IMG/VR virus record: IMGVR_UViG_3300006735_000039
Location: 1-56,223 of that record
Direction: 5' to 3' (one strand)
Source of the DNA: a virus
Taxonomy: Duplodnaviria; Caudoviricetes
Length of the DNA stretch: 56,223 nt
The stretch's first letter is position 1. Each line of letters opens with the position of its first letter. The position numbers and the translations under genes were made by a program. The notes under the pieces are model-generated. The model did no database searches, had not been told where the DNA came from, and saw only the letters and a program-made list of their open reading frames with translations. Below are positions 10,000 through 19,850 of the stretch, one piece after another.

Positions 10000-10785
10000 A
10001 TGAAAACTATAAATAAACCTATTGTATTTAGGTTATTAAAGCGAGCAGAAAAGCCTTCAACCGAAGGTAGACATTACCCATTAAGTTTTAGATTACCATC
10101 TTCAGACCAAGTTTATGATGATAATGCTGGTAGAGCCAGAGTTATTCGATATGCTATTGGAGAGCAAAGTGTTTTTCAAGATGAGCAAAAAAATGAAAGA
10201 CCAGTTATTGGAGATGTTATTTTTAGTAATGGTACTATCATAGTAGACAGAAGAGAAACTTTATTGTTAGAGTATTTAACAAAAAGTAACTACTATCAGT
10301 CTAATCCTAATAGGATGCCTAATACAACACCACTTTATGACATTATAGATAATAGCATTAATGCTGAGTCAACTGTTAATAACATTGAGCTTGAGCATAC
10401 TGCTGTAGATATTGCTCTTAAGATGACACCTCAACAGTTAGTTGCTTATTGTGACGCTGCTGGATTGGATTCAAATAGAAGCATGTATGAACTTAAGCAT
10501 GATGTATTAGCACTTGCTAAGAGAGACCCTCAAAAGTTTTTAGAGTCTGCATCTAATCCTTTAACTGATATGAATCAGATTATTAAAGATGCTATAAAGT
10601 TTAAGATTATCTATATGAATAACACTAAGCGTGAGTTTGGATTCTTAAATGGAAAAGATAAAGAAATGATTACTGCTGTACCTCAAGGTCAGGATATGAT
10701 GGAATACTTTATTGAGTATTGCATGACTGACGAAGGAGCAGAAGCTTACGAGGTTATTTCCTCTAAGATTGAATCAATGATGTAA
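10000..10785 (+). CDS. Conserved hypothetical phage protein downstream of capsid gene
   Basis: 261 aa clean ORF with A-rich leader. No function recognised. Confidence 0.6.
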   Translation: MKTINKPIVFRLLKRAEKPSTEGRHYPLSFRLPSSDQVYDDNAGRARVIRYAIGEQSVFQDEQKNERPVIGDVIFSNGTIIVDRRETLLLEYLTKSNYYQSNPNRMPNTTPLYDIIDNSINAESTVNNIELEHTAVDIALKMTPQQLVAYCDAAGLDSNRSMYELKHDVLALAKRDPQKFLESASNPLTDMNQIIKDAIKFKIIYMNNTKREFGFLNGKDKEMITAVPQGQDMMEYFIEYCMTDEGAEAYEVISSKIESMM

Positions 10786-10803
10786 TATACATTTTACTAG
10801 ATA

Positions 10804-10830
10804 AGAGAGGGGCTTTCGCCCCTTTTTTTT
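10804..10830 (+). terminator. Intrinsic terminator
   Basis: AGAGAGGGGC-TTTC-GCCC hairpin running into a T-run. Confidence 0.75.
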
Positions 10831-10845
10831 ATGTTAATTATTTAG

Positions 10846-10853
10846 TATATTTG
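10846..10853 (+). promoter_or_regulatory. -7 promoter element for tail operon
   Basis: TATATTTG matches TAnnTTTG, 32 nt before ATG 10886. Confidence 0.5.
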
Positions 10854-10885
10854 TAGATTGATAAATAACGCCTCATTAACAGCTA

Positions 10886-11623
10886 ATGGCTATAGATACA
10901 AAAAAACTTTATGACTTTGTTCAGTTTGTTGCCAACAAGGAGCAGGCTGGATTTATTACTACTGATGAATTTGAACAAGCCGCTGACTCTGCGCAACTAG
11001 AATTAATTAGAGATAGATTAGGAAATCCAAACTCAACTCAGCCAGGTAGACCTGTGCCAATGGGGGGATACGGAACATCTCAGTTAATTACAGATGACTT
11101 AAGGCATCTCATAACACATCATAATTATAATAATGTTACTGCATCAAATGCTTTTTTTGGTGGTACCGCAACTTTTACTCAGGTTAATTTACAAAGTGAC
11201 CACCTTTACTTATTAAATGTTACTCAAGCAAGTAATGTTGCTTATGCTGACAGAGGTCGTAGACCTGTAAAAATTGTTGACTTTCAAGAGTTTTGGGCTG
11301 TGCTTGATAGTGCTTTGTTTAGACCTACAGGAGATTATCCTTATGGAGTTATAGCAGATGATAATGTGTATATACATCCACATTTATCAACGGGGGCTGA
11401 TGTTAATATTCAGTATATAAAAAGACCCATTCAAGGAACCTTAACAGAAACAATTAACGCAACAACTGGAGCAATATCAATATCAACAAACCAAGCTTTA
11501 TCTGATATGCCTGAATCTTTATTTAACGAATTGTCCTGGAGGATACTTTCTTTATTTGGTCTTAACTTAAGAGACGCACAAATAACACAGTATGCTGAAG
11601 GTCAAGAAAAAGAAGTAATGTAA
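10886..11623 (+). CDS. Head-tail adaptor / tail ring protein (putative)
   Basis: 245 aa. ANKEQAGFITTDEF N-terminus and YIKRP motif. First gene of the tail block. Confidence 0.6.
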   Translation: MAIDTKKLYDFVQFVANKEQAGFITTDEFEQAADSAQLELIRDRLGNPNSTQPGRPVPMGGYGTSQLITDDLRHLITHHNYNNVTASNAFFGGTATFTQVNLQSDHLYLLNVTQASNVAYADRGRRPVKIVDFQEFWAVLDSALFRPTGDYPYGVIADDNVYIHPHLSTGADVNIQYIKRPIQGTLTETINATTGAISISTNQALSDMPESLFNELSWRILSLFGLNLRDAQITQYAEGQEKEVM

Positions 11624-11624
11624 T

Positions 11625-12437
11625 ATGTACACTAGAAAAGAATTAGGGGAGATGGCTCTTAGAAGAATACTTGGAGGAGCAAGAAAGCCTGAGTTTAACT
11701 TAGACATTCGAGAAATAATGATTGCTGTTGACCAAGAAAGAGATAGACAGGTTGGGGTTTATTATAAAAGAAAAATATTAGCTGGGGATAGACAGATAGA
11801 AGGAGATGTATTAAGTAACTATGTTATACCAAAAGCTTCTATGACAGAAAAAAGAATTGAAGTTGGAACAACATCAAATACTTACCATGTTATAAAACTT
11901 CCATTTAAGGTTATATCTCTTCCATATGATATGGGAATATATGAAGTTATTGATGAAAGAAATCACTTAGTAAGTTTTAATAGAAAACCTTCAGCTTTTA
12001 ATAGCTTGTACTCTTCAACTGTTGCAAACTCTGCAATAAGTTCACTAGACTCTTATTTTGAGTCAAGTAAAAATGGGAGCTGGAGCCTTAATGGAAATAT
12101 TTTAAACTTGTGGTATCCAGTAGCTAGCGTTCCTACTGAGGGTATAAGAATAAAAGCACTGACATCACTTCAACATCAAAGAGATAATGAGTACACTGCT
12201 TACTCATCAGGTACAACTGTTTATCCTAACACTGCTGTAAATCAATTTCCTGGAGGTGTAACAACATCGACTGCTGAAGTTCAAACTTGGGCTGATTCTA
12301 ATGCAGCAACTGATAACCTTGAGTTTGAATATAAGATACCAGCAGAAATTGTTGCTGATGTTATAGATGCTGTTGTAGCAAGATACACACCACAAAGACC
12401 TTATGATACAGTAATAGATAATACAGAAAGAGTATAA
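11625..12437 (+). CDS. Tail ring/tubular protein (putative)
   Basis: 270 aa, coupled within the tail operon. Confidence 0.5.
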   Translation: MYTRKELGEMALRRILGGARKPEFNLDIREIMIAVDQERDRQVGVYYKRKILAGDRQIEGDVLSNYVIPKASMTEKRIEVGTTSNTYHVIKLPFKVISLPYDMGIYEVIDERNHLVSFNRKPSAFNSLYSSTVANSAISSLDSYFESSKNGSWSLNGNILNLWYPVASVPTEGIRIKALTSLQHQRDNEYTAYSSGTTVYPNTAVNQFPGGVTTSTAEVQTWADSNAATDNLEFEYKIPAEIVADVIDAVVARYTPQRPYDTVIDNTERV

Positions 12438-13204
12438 TGGCGAAAAATTTTATAGCAATAGATGATGTTATTCGCTCTCTTTTAATTCAAGAGGGAGATG
12501 AAACTACACATAGACTTTTTTATTATAGAGACATAGCTCTAAGAGGGGTTAAAGAATTAAACTTTGATGTTGTAAGAAATATAAAAACAGTAGAGTTAAC
12601 ACTTAATGCAAACTTAAATGTTACACTGCCTTCTGATTTTGTTTCTATATCTAGAGTTGGCGTTTCTAAAAGTGGCATGATAGCTCCAGTTGGTCAATTA
12701 GATGATATTGATTTGCAAACAAATCAAGGTGGAGTTACTGGTGTTAGCAATACTTACACTATACAATGGATTGACGAGTACAGGAATGGAGAAAACATGG
12801 GAGGCATCTTTGGTTTAGGTGGTGGTCAAAATAGATTTGGTTACTATAGATTTGATATGGAATCCAATACTATACAATTTGATGCTGGATTTGCTGAGTC
12901 AACAATTATTCTTGAATATATTAGCTTAGGAATTAATATAAATCAATCTGCAACAAATGAAAATATATATGGCGGACAAAATAATACAACACAAATACAT
13001 ATATATGCAGAAGAAGCTCTCCGTGCTTACATGTATTGGAAGGGACTACAAAGAAAAAGAAATGTTGCAGCTAATTTAAAAGAGGCTGCTAGACGTGATT
13101 GGTATAATGAAAAGCGTATTGCTAAAGCTAGAATGAAAAAGTTTACTAAAGATGAGGCAATTCAAGCAGCGCATAAGAATCATTATCAAGCTCCTAAATT
13201 CTAA
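12437..13204 (+). CDS. Tail tubular/ring protein (putative)
   Basis: 255 aa. LPSDFVSISRV and IILEYIS..IHIYAEEALRAY motifs typical of podovirus adaptor/ring proteins. Confidence 0.6.
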   Translation: MAKNFIAIDDVIRSLLIQEGDETTHRLFYYRDIALRGVKELNFDVVRNIKTVELTLNANLNVTLPSDFVSISRVGVSKSGMIAPVGQLDDIDLQTNQGGVTGVSNTYTIQWIDEYRNGENMGGIFGLGGGQNRFGYYRFDMESNTIQFDAGFAESTIILEYISLGININQSATNENIYGGQNNTTQIHIYAEEALRAYMYWKGLQRKRNVAANLKEAARRDWYNEKRIAKARMKKFTKDEAIQAAHKNHYQAPKF

Positions 13205-13210
13205 AATCGT

Positions 13211-16200
13211 ATGGCTGAAGAGAAAAAAAGATTTTTCGGTGGAATGGATTTTGATACCGAGAATAGATTTGTAAAGGAAGGTGATTATAGAGTAGCTGTT
13301 AACATGAAGACCTCTGGAGAGAATGATGCTTTAGGGGTTTTAGAAAATATTGTTGGTTCCGAATTTATAGATAATACAGATACTATTTCTTTTGATGGAA
13401 GTAATAATATAGCAACTGCTAACTCAATAACTATTCCTGCTGCTGCTAGAGTTGTGGGAAAGTATAGAGATGAGGTTCACGATAGAATTATTTACTTTAT
13501 TGCAGAAGATAGTACTAATGGAACCATACTAGAGTATTCTCAAAAACAAAATGCTATATCCGTTATTGTAGATTCTTACGCTTTTAACTTTTCATTTGAA
13601 GAATTAATTACTGGAATTAATGTGGTTGCTCATGATGAACCTTGGGCTCCTGATGGGTTACTGTATTTTACAGATAACAAAAATGAGCCTATAAAAATAA
13701 ATATAGCAAAAGCAAAACTAATAAGCGGTGTAGAGTCTGCAAAGCTTGTCAATCCAAACGCATCTAATGCTAAATATTTTTCAGCACATCATCAATATGG
13801 TTTTCCAACTACTATTGAAAGCTCTACTGGGTACGGGACACTAACAGACCAAATAATAAAGGTTGTTAAGTTTCCTCCTGTATCACCTCCTGGAACTAAG
13901 TTTGGAACTGACAATACATTTTTAAACAATCAGCTAATACAAAACCAATGGCAGTTTAAGTATAGATACGTATATGATGATAAGGAAAAGTCAGCTTGGT
14001 CACCTATTTCAAAAACAAGAACTACTGCTGTTGGAACAAGCATAAACCAGGAAGACTTTACTATTGATAATTTTTTAGAGCTAGAATTTAATTCAGGAAC
14101 AAAAGAAGTTAGATTTATTGAGTTTGCTGCTAGAAAGAAAAACAATAATACAGACTTTTTTTTAATAGACTCTATACCAACTTATTATTTTTCAAACACC
14201 ACTACAGATAAAAATAATTATGTTTACAATAATACATGGACTGGCTCTCCAACTAATGTTCATGTTACAACTGTTAATACTAATTTTTATTATAGATTTT
14301 ATAATAACAAAACATATAGCAATATTGATTTAAAGCAATCTGTAAAACCTTTTGATGACGTTCCTTTAAAAGCAAAGTCTCAAGAAATTATAGATGGCAA
14401 TAGATTGGTTTATGGTAATGTTGAAAATGGAAGAGATGGTGTCGCTACAAATGTTGCAATATTAGACTTTTATAAGGGTAGTGAACTTATTTCGCAAACA
14501 ACTGCTACTATAACTAGTTCTATTCCAGCTTCATCTACAACAGGCGGAAGTGGTCTTTTACAAAATAATCAAGGTGGTCAAAATAGAGTCATGCAAAGAT
14601 TTGTAGTTGAATTTGATTTTTCAGCAGCAGTAAGTGGTGGTATTTTAGTTTCGAGTACAAGTGTGTCTATTGTTGTAAAAAGTTTTGGTTTTTTTGCAGG
14701 AGCGTTTAGTGGAACAAGTGTAACTTATAATAATGTAAGTGGCACAGGCTGCTCGATAGCAGGGGCACTTGAGTTTCAGGCATACTTAACGAATATTCCA
14801 GCAGGTATAAGCGCAAATAGTTTTTACACTTATATAAAAAATCAACTTACAACAGACTATCCTACCATTGACACCCTTCTTCCAGGGGCATTTGGTACAA
14901 ACCCGAACTGGAGCGGTTCTGGAATGGGCGCATCTCCTTGGTCAGTAGTCTCAGGAAACAATACAAATTTTTCCAACTGGGCTCCTGGAAGCTCTGGAAA
15001 TAATGTGCAACAAGCTTTAAATTCAGGTGATGGTGAACTTTGGAAAGTTTATGGAAATGGAGTTAAATTGCAGTTTGGTGTTACAACTAATGATACATTT
15101 GGAGGTTATACTAATGCTCAATTTGCAGTGTTGGGTGTTAACTTTGAAGACTTCCCTCTTTCTTCTGATTTTCTTAATACTACAGGAAGTTTAGCTAGTG
15201 GAACCCTCCCACTAAACCCAACCACTATACCTGGATTTGCACAAGGACAGGAATTAATTTGGCATAAACAGAATGGTCTGGTGTTTGATGAAATTCAAAC
15301 CGTTTTAGGAGAATGCTGGAATGACCTAGGTGGCAACAGTGGTTATCTTTATAATAATGGAAAGCAACTATTACAACTTGGTCTGGAAACATTTGCTTTT
15401 CCTAGTCAGAATACAGTTCCAATGGGTTTTAAGTCAAATACTTATCATAGCTTTGGTATAGTTTATTATGATGATGCAAATAGAAGTAGTGCTGTTTGCC
15501 CTATACATGAAGATAAATTTATACCTGCAAATGCAGATAGGGTGCAAGATATTTCTTTTCACGCAGCTCAGCTTAAGTTTGAAATACAACACTCACCTCC
15601 ATCTTGGGCTACAGGATGGCAATTAGTTTATAGTGGAAATAGAAATGTTGAGGATTCTTGGAGATATAGAATTTTAAAAGTTGAGGATACTGGAAGTAAA
15701 TTTATTATGGATGTTACTACCATATCAGATACTTTTTCGGAAGGTGGTCAGACTTCTAAAGAGTATGATTTTGCGGAGGGTGATAGAGTTTTGTTTATTG
15801 AGCATGACGGAACACTTATAAGTTCATCTGCTAATTTTAAAATACTTAGTGTAGAGACTGGAGGTTCAAGTAATTATAGATTTATTATAGATAATAAAAT
15901 TTCTTTTGTTGGTCCAGGTACATCTGACTTTTTTGAAGATGCTTTAGTAGAAGTTTTTAGACCAAGAAAAGATGTTGATGATGATGATGTTTTTTATTAC
16001 GAAATAGGAGAAAGACATCCTATTGTGTTTGATAGTACTGACTCAGAATACTATCATCATGTTTCTGAAACTACGCAATATGATGACTTACATCTTTCTG
16101 ATGGGACTGCTAACCAAACAGTCACTAATGCAAATCAAACAGAAATAGACGGTACGGCTGGCACTGGAGCTATTTTATATATTGATAGAGGTGATGTTTA

Positions 16201-17677
16201 TCATAGATTAAGACCTACTTTTGGAAGCACTAATATAGACTATATAGAAGATTTTCAGGCTTCTGATTATTTTCTTTCTAAAAACTGGGATGCTGGAAGA
16301 ACTAATGTTATAAACCCACAATACCGACAGACGGTAAGACCTTCTACTGTTTTTTATAGTGACCCACTAATTGCTAATACAAACATAAATGGTTTAAGTT
16401 CTATTTTCCCAGATGACACTTATGAAGAGTTTGATAAGTCTTATGGCTCAATACAAAAGCTACACTCTAGAGAAAATCAATTAATTATTTTTCAAGAGGA
16501 TAAAGTTTCTAGGGCTCAGATAAATAGAAATATTGTAACCACTGGTAGCGGAGACCAAATACTTACAGCTCAAGGTGCTGTTATATCTCAAGCCATTCCT
16601 TATGCTGGAGAGTATGGTATTTCTACAAATCCAGAATCTTTTGCAGAATATGCTGAGGTATTATATTTTACTGATTTAAGAAGAGGTGCAGTTCTTAGGC
16701 TTTCTCAGAATGGTATCACACCAATATCTGAGTATCAAATGAAAAACTACTTTACTGATTTTTTCAGAATACTAAGTAGATATAACCTATCTAACAGCTT
16801 TGGAACAAGAACTAAAATTTATGGTTCTTTTAATCCTAAAGATAAAGAGTATATGCTTTGCTTAGACAGACGTGATGCTTATACTATATTTGAGCAATCT
16901 CATACTCATGGCGCAGACAATCTCCTCAACGAAGCTAGAGAGGGAGCTTACTTTGATAATTTTGGAATAAGAAATACCTTTTCATCAAATACCCAGGCGC
17001 AAAGTATTACTGAGTTAAAAAGAAAAGAACTAGCAAAAAGAACTGTTGTGTTTAGCGAAGGTGCTAATAGGTGGACTTATTTTATGGATATACATGGGAT
17101 GTGTGAGTATTTAAATAGTGAGGTAGTTCATTTTTCTCCATCCATGGATACTGGGAGTAATGCTTGTCCTTTAGGTGGAACTCATGCTGGCGGACTCCTT
17201 TACGTATTAAGAAGAGAAGATTTTGACACGTCATTTAATCCAGAAAATTATGGTGAGTTTTACTCACAATCAACATCAACTACAAAGCCGCTTACAAATA
17301 GTAAGAAAATTGTAACATCATCTGTAATTAATGTTAGTAATACAGAGCCTTCACTAAACAAAGTGTATAATGCAATAGGTCTAGAGTGTAACGAGACTCC
17401 GTTATTATTTGAGATACAAAACAACTATAGACAGTATAGCAAGATATTTACTTCTTACTGGAAGGAAAGAGAGAATTTTTATTACTCAAATATATACGGA
17501 GATATAAACAGCTTTAGTGCTTTTGATTCTACTAATCAATTAGCTGGAATGATAAATGGAGAAAGGATTAGGTCTACAGATGCAACTATGAGAACATCAT
17601 GGAGAACTAACACTTACCTAAGACTTCATGCTATTAATGTTGGGCTAACTGCTAGTCAAAAGTCAGGAGTTGTATAA
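13211..17677 (+). CDS. Tail nozzle/stabilisation protein (P22 gp10 / crAss muzzle-like)
   Basis: 1488 aa. GGMDFD..EGDYRVAVN N-terminus, LYFTDNKNEP, FKYRYVYDD..SAWSP, GNRLVYGN, YGSIQKL, GEYGISTNPESFA, YFTDLRRGAVLRLS beta-propeller motifs. Confidence 0.8.
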   Translation: MAEEKKRFFGGMDFDTENRFVKEGDYRVAVNMKTSGENDALGVLENIVGSEFIDNTDTISFDGSNNIATANSITIPAAARVVGKYRDEVHDRIIYFIAEDSTNGTILEYSQKQNAISVIVDSYAFNFSFEELITGINVVAHDEPWAPDGLLYFTDNKNEPIKINIAKAKLISGVESAKLVNPNASNAKYFSAHHQYGFPTTIESSTGYGTLTDQIIKVVKFPPVSPPGTKFGTDNTFLNNQLIQNQWQFKYRYVYDDKEKSAWSPISKTRTTAVGTSINQEDFTIDNFLELEFNSGTKEVRFIEFAARKKNNNTDFFLIDSIPTYYFSNTTTDKNNYVYNNTWTGSPTNVHVTTVNTNFYYRFYNNKTYSNIDLKQSVKPFDDVPLKAKSQEIIDGNRLVYGNVENGRDGVATNVAILDFYKGSELISQTTATITSSIPASSTTGGSGLLQNNQGGQNRVMQRFVVEFDFSAAVSGGILVSSTSVSIVVKSFGFFAGAFSGTSVTYNNVSGTGCSIAGALEFQAYLTNIPAGISANSFYTYIKNQLTTDYPTIDTLLPGAFGTNPNWSGSGMGASPWSVVSGNNTNFSNWAPGSSGNNVQQALNSGDGELWKVYGNGVKLQFGVTTNDTFGGYTNAQFAVLGVNFEDFPLSSDFLNTTGSLASGTLPLNPTTIPGFAQGQELIWHKQNGLVFDEIQTVLGECWNDLGGNSGYLYNNGKQLLQLGLETFAFPSQNTVPMGFKSNTYHSFGIVYYDDANRSSAVCPIHEDKFIPANADRVQDISFHAAQLKFEIQHSPPSWATGWQLVYSGNRNVEDSWRYRILKVEDTGSKFIMDVTTISDTFSEGGQTSKEYDFAEGDRVLFIEHDGTLISSSANFKILSVETGGSSNYRFIIDNKISFVGPGTSDFFEDALVEVFRPRKDVDDDDVFYYEIGERHPIVFDSTDSEYYHHVSETTQYDDLHLSDGTANQTVTNANQTEIDGTAGTGAILYIDRGDVYHRLRPTFGSTNIDYIEDFQASDYFLSKNWDAGRTNVINPQYRQTVRPSTVFYSDPLIANTNINGLSSIFPDDTYEEFDKSYGSIQKLHSRENQLIIFQEDKVSRAQINRNIVTTGSGDQILTAQGAVISQAIPYAGEYGISTNPESFAEYAEVLYFTDLRRGAVLRLSQNGITPISEYQMKNYFTDFFRILSRYNLSNSFGTRTKIYGSFNPKDKEYMLCLDRRDAYTIFEQSHTHGADNLLNEAREGAYFDNFGIRNTFSSNTQAQSITELKRKELAKRTVVFSEGANRWTYFMDIHGMCEYLNSEVVHFSPSMDTGSNACPLGGTHAGGLLYVLRREDFDTSFNPENYGEFYSQSTSTTKPLTNSKKIVTSSVINVSNTEPSLNKVYNAIGLECNETPLLFEIQNNYRQYSKIFTSYWKERENFYYSNIYGDINSFSAFDSTNQLAGMINGERIRSTDATMRTSWRTNTYLRLHAINVGLTASQKSGVV

Positions 17678-17709
17678 TTTGTAATTTAAAACTAAAAAGA
17701 TTAATTTTG
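17678..17709 (+). promoter_or_regulatory. Bacteroidota -33/-7 promoter-like element before ejection-protein genes
   Basis: TTTG (17678-17681), 20 nt, TAATTTTG (17702-17709). Only 6 nt before ATG 17716, so the leader would be very short. Confidence 0.4.
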
Positions 17710-17715
17710 TAAACT

Positions 17716-18495
17716 ATGGCATTACCAATGATAATAGGAGGAGTTCAAGCAGCAATGGGAGTTGGACAAGCTGTTGCTGGTTTTATTCAAAAAAAGAATT
17801 TAACTAGACCTGAATATCACATACCACCAGAAATAGAGAAGAATATGAGTGAAGCCGAGCTTATGTCATACTACGGTATGCCAGATGCTCAAAAGGCTGA
17901 ATACATGCAGAATATTCAAAGAAGTACGCAGGGTGCTCTTAGAGGTATTTCTGACAGAAAGGGTGGTATAGGAGCTGTGTCTGTAGCTCAGCAAACACAA
18001 CAAGATGCTTACATGAATCTTCTTTCTGCTGATGTTCAGCAAAGAATGCAGAATATACAGACCGCACAGAGCATGAGACAAACAATGGCTCAGTATAGAG
18101 ATAAGGCTTTTGAAATAAATGAGATGCAACCATACGAACAAAAGTATGCCGAAGCTCAGTCATTGATTGGTGCTGGTATGCAAAATTTTATGGGAGGTTT
18201 GGGTACGGTAGCTGAATCACAAATGATGAAAGAAGCAATGGCAGCTGATTTACTTACAGGAGGTAAATCAAATTTCGCACAAAATAGACAAAACAAAAGA
18301 GCTATAAAAAATACAGATTTAAGCTCGATGGGTACTGTTGCCAATTCTTCTTTAACTGGTCAAATGAGTATGGCTAATCCTTTTTTTATTAATCAAACAG
18401 GAATCTCAGTACAAAGTCCTTTTGATGGATTAAATGCCGTTGATACTCAGGGAATTGCAAATTACGGTTTAGACCTATCTAGCCTTAAATATTAA
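17716..18495 (+). CDS. Internal virion / DNA ejection protein (putative)
   Basis: 259 aa. Gly/Ala-rich hydrophobic N-terminus then Gln/Met-rich helix, typical position after the nozzle gene. Confidence 0.6.
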   Translation: MALPMIIGGVQAAMGVGQAVAGFIQKKNLTRPEYHIPPEIEKNMSEAELMSYYGMPDAQKAEYMQNIQRSTQGALRGISDRKGGIGAVSVAQQTQQDAYMNLLSADVQQRMQNIQTAQSMRQTMAQYRDKAFEINEMQPYEQKYAEAQSLIGAGMQNFMGGLGTVAESQMMKEAMAADLLTGGKSNFAQNRQNKRAIKNTDLSSMGTVANSSLTGQMSMANPFFINQTGISVQSPFDGLNAVDTQGIANYGLDLSSLKY

Positions 18496-18506
18496 ACAGA
18501 TTAGTT

Positions 18507-19850
18507 ATGGCGAAAATGAGTGACAGTTTAATAGGCTATGGTGCAGCACAAGTATTTGATACCAGCCGCTCTGTAAATGTTTATAAAGCAGCTTTAGCAA
18601 AAAAAGAAAAAGATGCAAAAGCTGATGATGAAAAGTTTCTTAAATCTTTATCTGTTGACACCAAAGGAGTTCGTGCTATTGACGTTCCTAAGTTTACTGA
18701 AAAGTATAATGAGTTTATGGATTGGTCTGCTAAAAATCAGGTAGACCTTAAGAACCCTTCAAAAAATCCAGTAATATTTCAACAATTTCAGGTTAAAAAA
18801 AATGAGTTGTTACAGGATATTGCTGCGTCTAAGCAAGCTCAAGCTGCTCATAATTCAATGAGTGACATTATATTTAAAGGTAAAGAACAGTTTTATAACT
18901 CATCTAATATTAAGGGAGCCAATGCCCTTCATGAGACATCCATATATGATGATGGATTCCAGAGTGCCTTATCGTTTCAGCCAGGTAGAGATACTAATGC
19001 CGCTCTTGCAGCAGTGCCTGTTAAGGACCTTCATACGGAAACAACTTATGAAAACGAAGAAGGTGTTAAAACAAAAACGTTTAAGATAAAAGAAGGTGCT
19101 TTAGATAATGCTGTAGATTTATTTTACAATCAATATCAAATGGAATTTGAAAATGATTTTGATACAGAGCAAGAAGCTAGAGAATTTATAAAGAAAAATA
19201 TTAAGGGAAGAATTAAACAAGACTACCAACTTACTAGAGAGGGCGATGGAAAGGATGAAGAATTTGGTAGAGGAAGTAGAGTTGGTAAGATTGCTTATGA
19301 CTTCGAAGACCTTGACTCTGAGGCAGCTACAGCACTACTTTCCGATGAAAGTTTATTTGTTTCTTTTGGAGAATTTGAAGGACCTTTCTTGAACCCAAAA
19401 AGGGGTAAAGTTCCTCCTTTAAGAAAGATTGATTTCTCAACTGGTACATCAGAAACAAAGCCAATAACATTTAGAGATAAAGACGGAACAGATTACAAAG
19501 ATGTGATTCCTCAGTCATTTCTTATTGACAATGAAGGTAATCAATATATGAGCTTTTATAAGGATTCAAAAGCATTAACCACTAGTGAAAAAGAAACTCT
19601 TATTTCGAACAAGAGAAGTGACCTTATTTTAGATGGGATAACAGCAACTGAAGCTACAAAACAGGCTAAAGAGGTTATTAACAATTTAGACGGGAATGTA
19701 ATGATGTTTACTGATAAGATACCTAAAACTCAAATCAATACACATTATAATTTCTTGTACGATGCACTGACAGAGCGTGGTTTGTTTAAGGCTACAGCTA
19801 AACCACAGCCAACAAAAGATACAAACTTAAGAGATAAATACGGATATTAA
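18507..19850 (+). CDS. Internal virion / ejection protein (putative)
   Basis: 447 aa, between a small ejection protein and the giant protein. Confidence 0.5.
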   Translation: MAKMSDSLIGYGAAQVFDTSRSVNVYKAALAKKEKDAKADDEKFLKSLSVDTKGVRAIDVPKFTEKYNEFMDWSAKNQVDLKNPSKNPVIFQQFQVKKNELLQDIAASKQAQAAHNSMSDIIFKGKEQFYNSSNIKGANALHETSIYDDGFQSALSFQPGRDTNAALAAVPVKDLHTETTYENEEGVKTKTFKIKEGALDNAVDLFYNQYQMEFENDFDTEQEAREFIKKNIKGRIKQDYQLTREGDGKDEEFGRGSRVGKIAYDFEDLDSEAATALLSDESLFVSFGEFEGPFLNPKRGKVPPLRKIDFSTGTSETKPITFRDKDGTDYKDVIPQSFLIDNEGNQYMSFYKDSKALTTSEKETLISNKRSDLILDGITATEATKQAKEVINNLDGNVMMFTDKIPKTQINTHYNFLYDALTERGLFKATAKPQPTKDTNLRDKYGY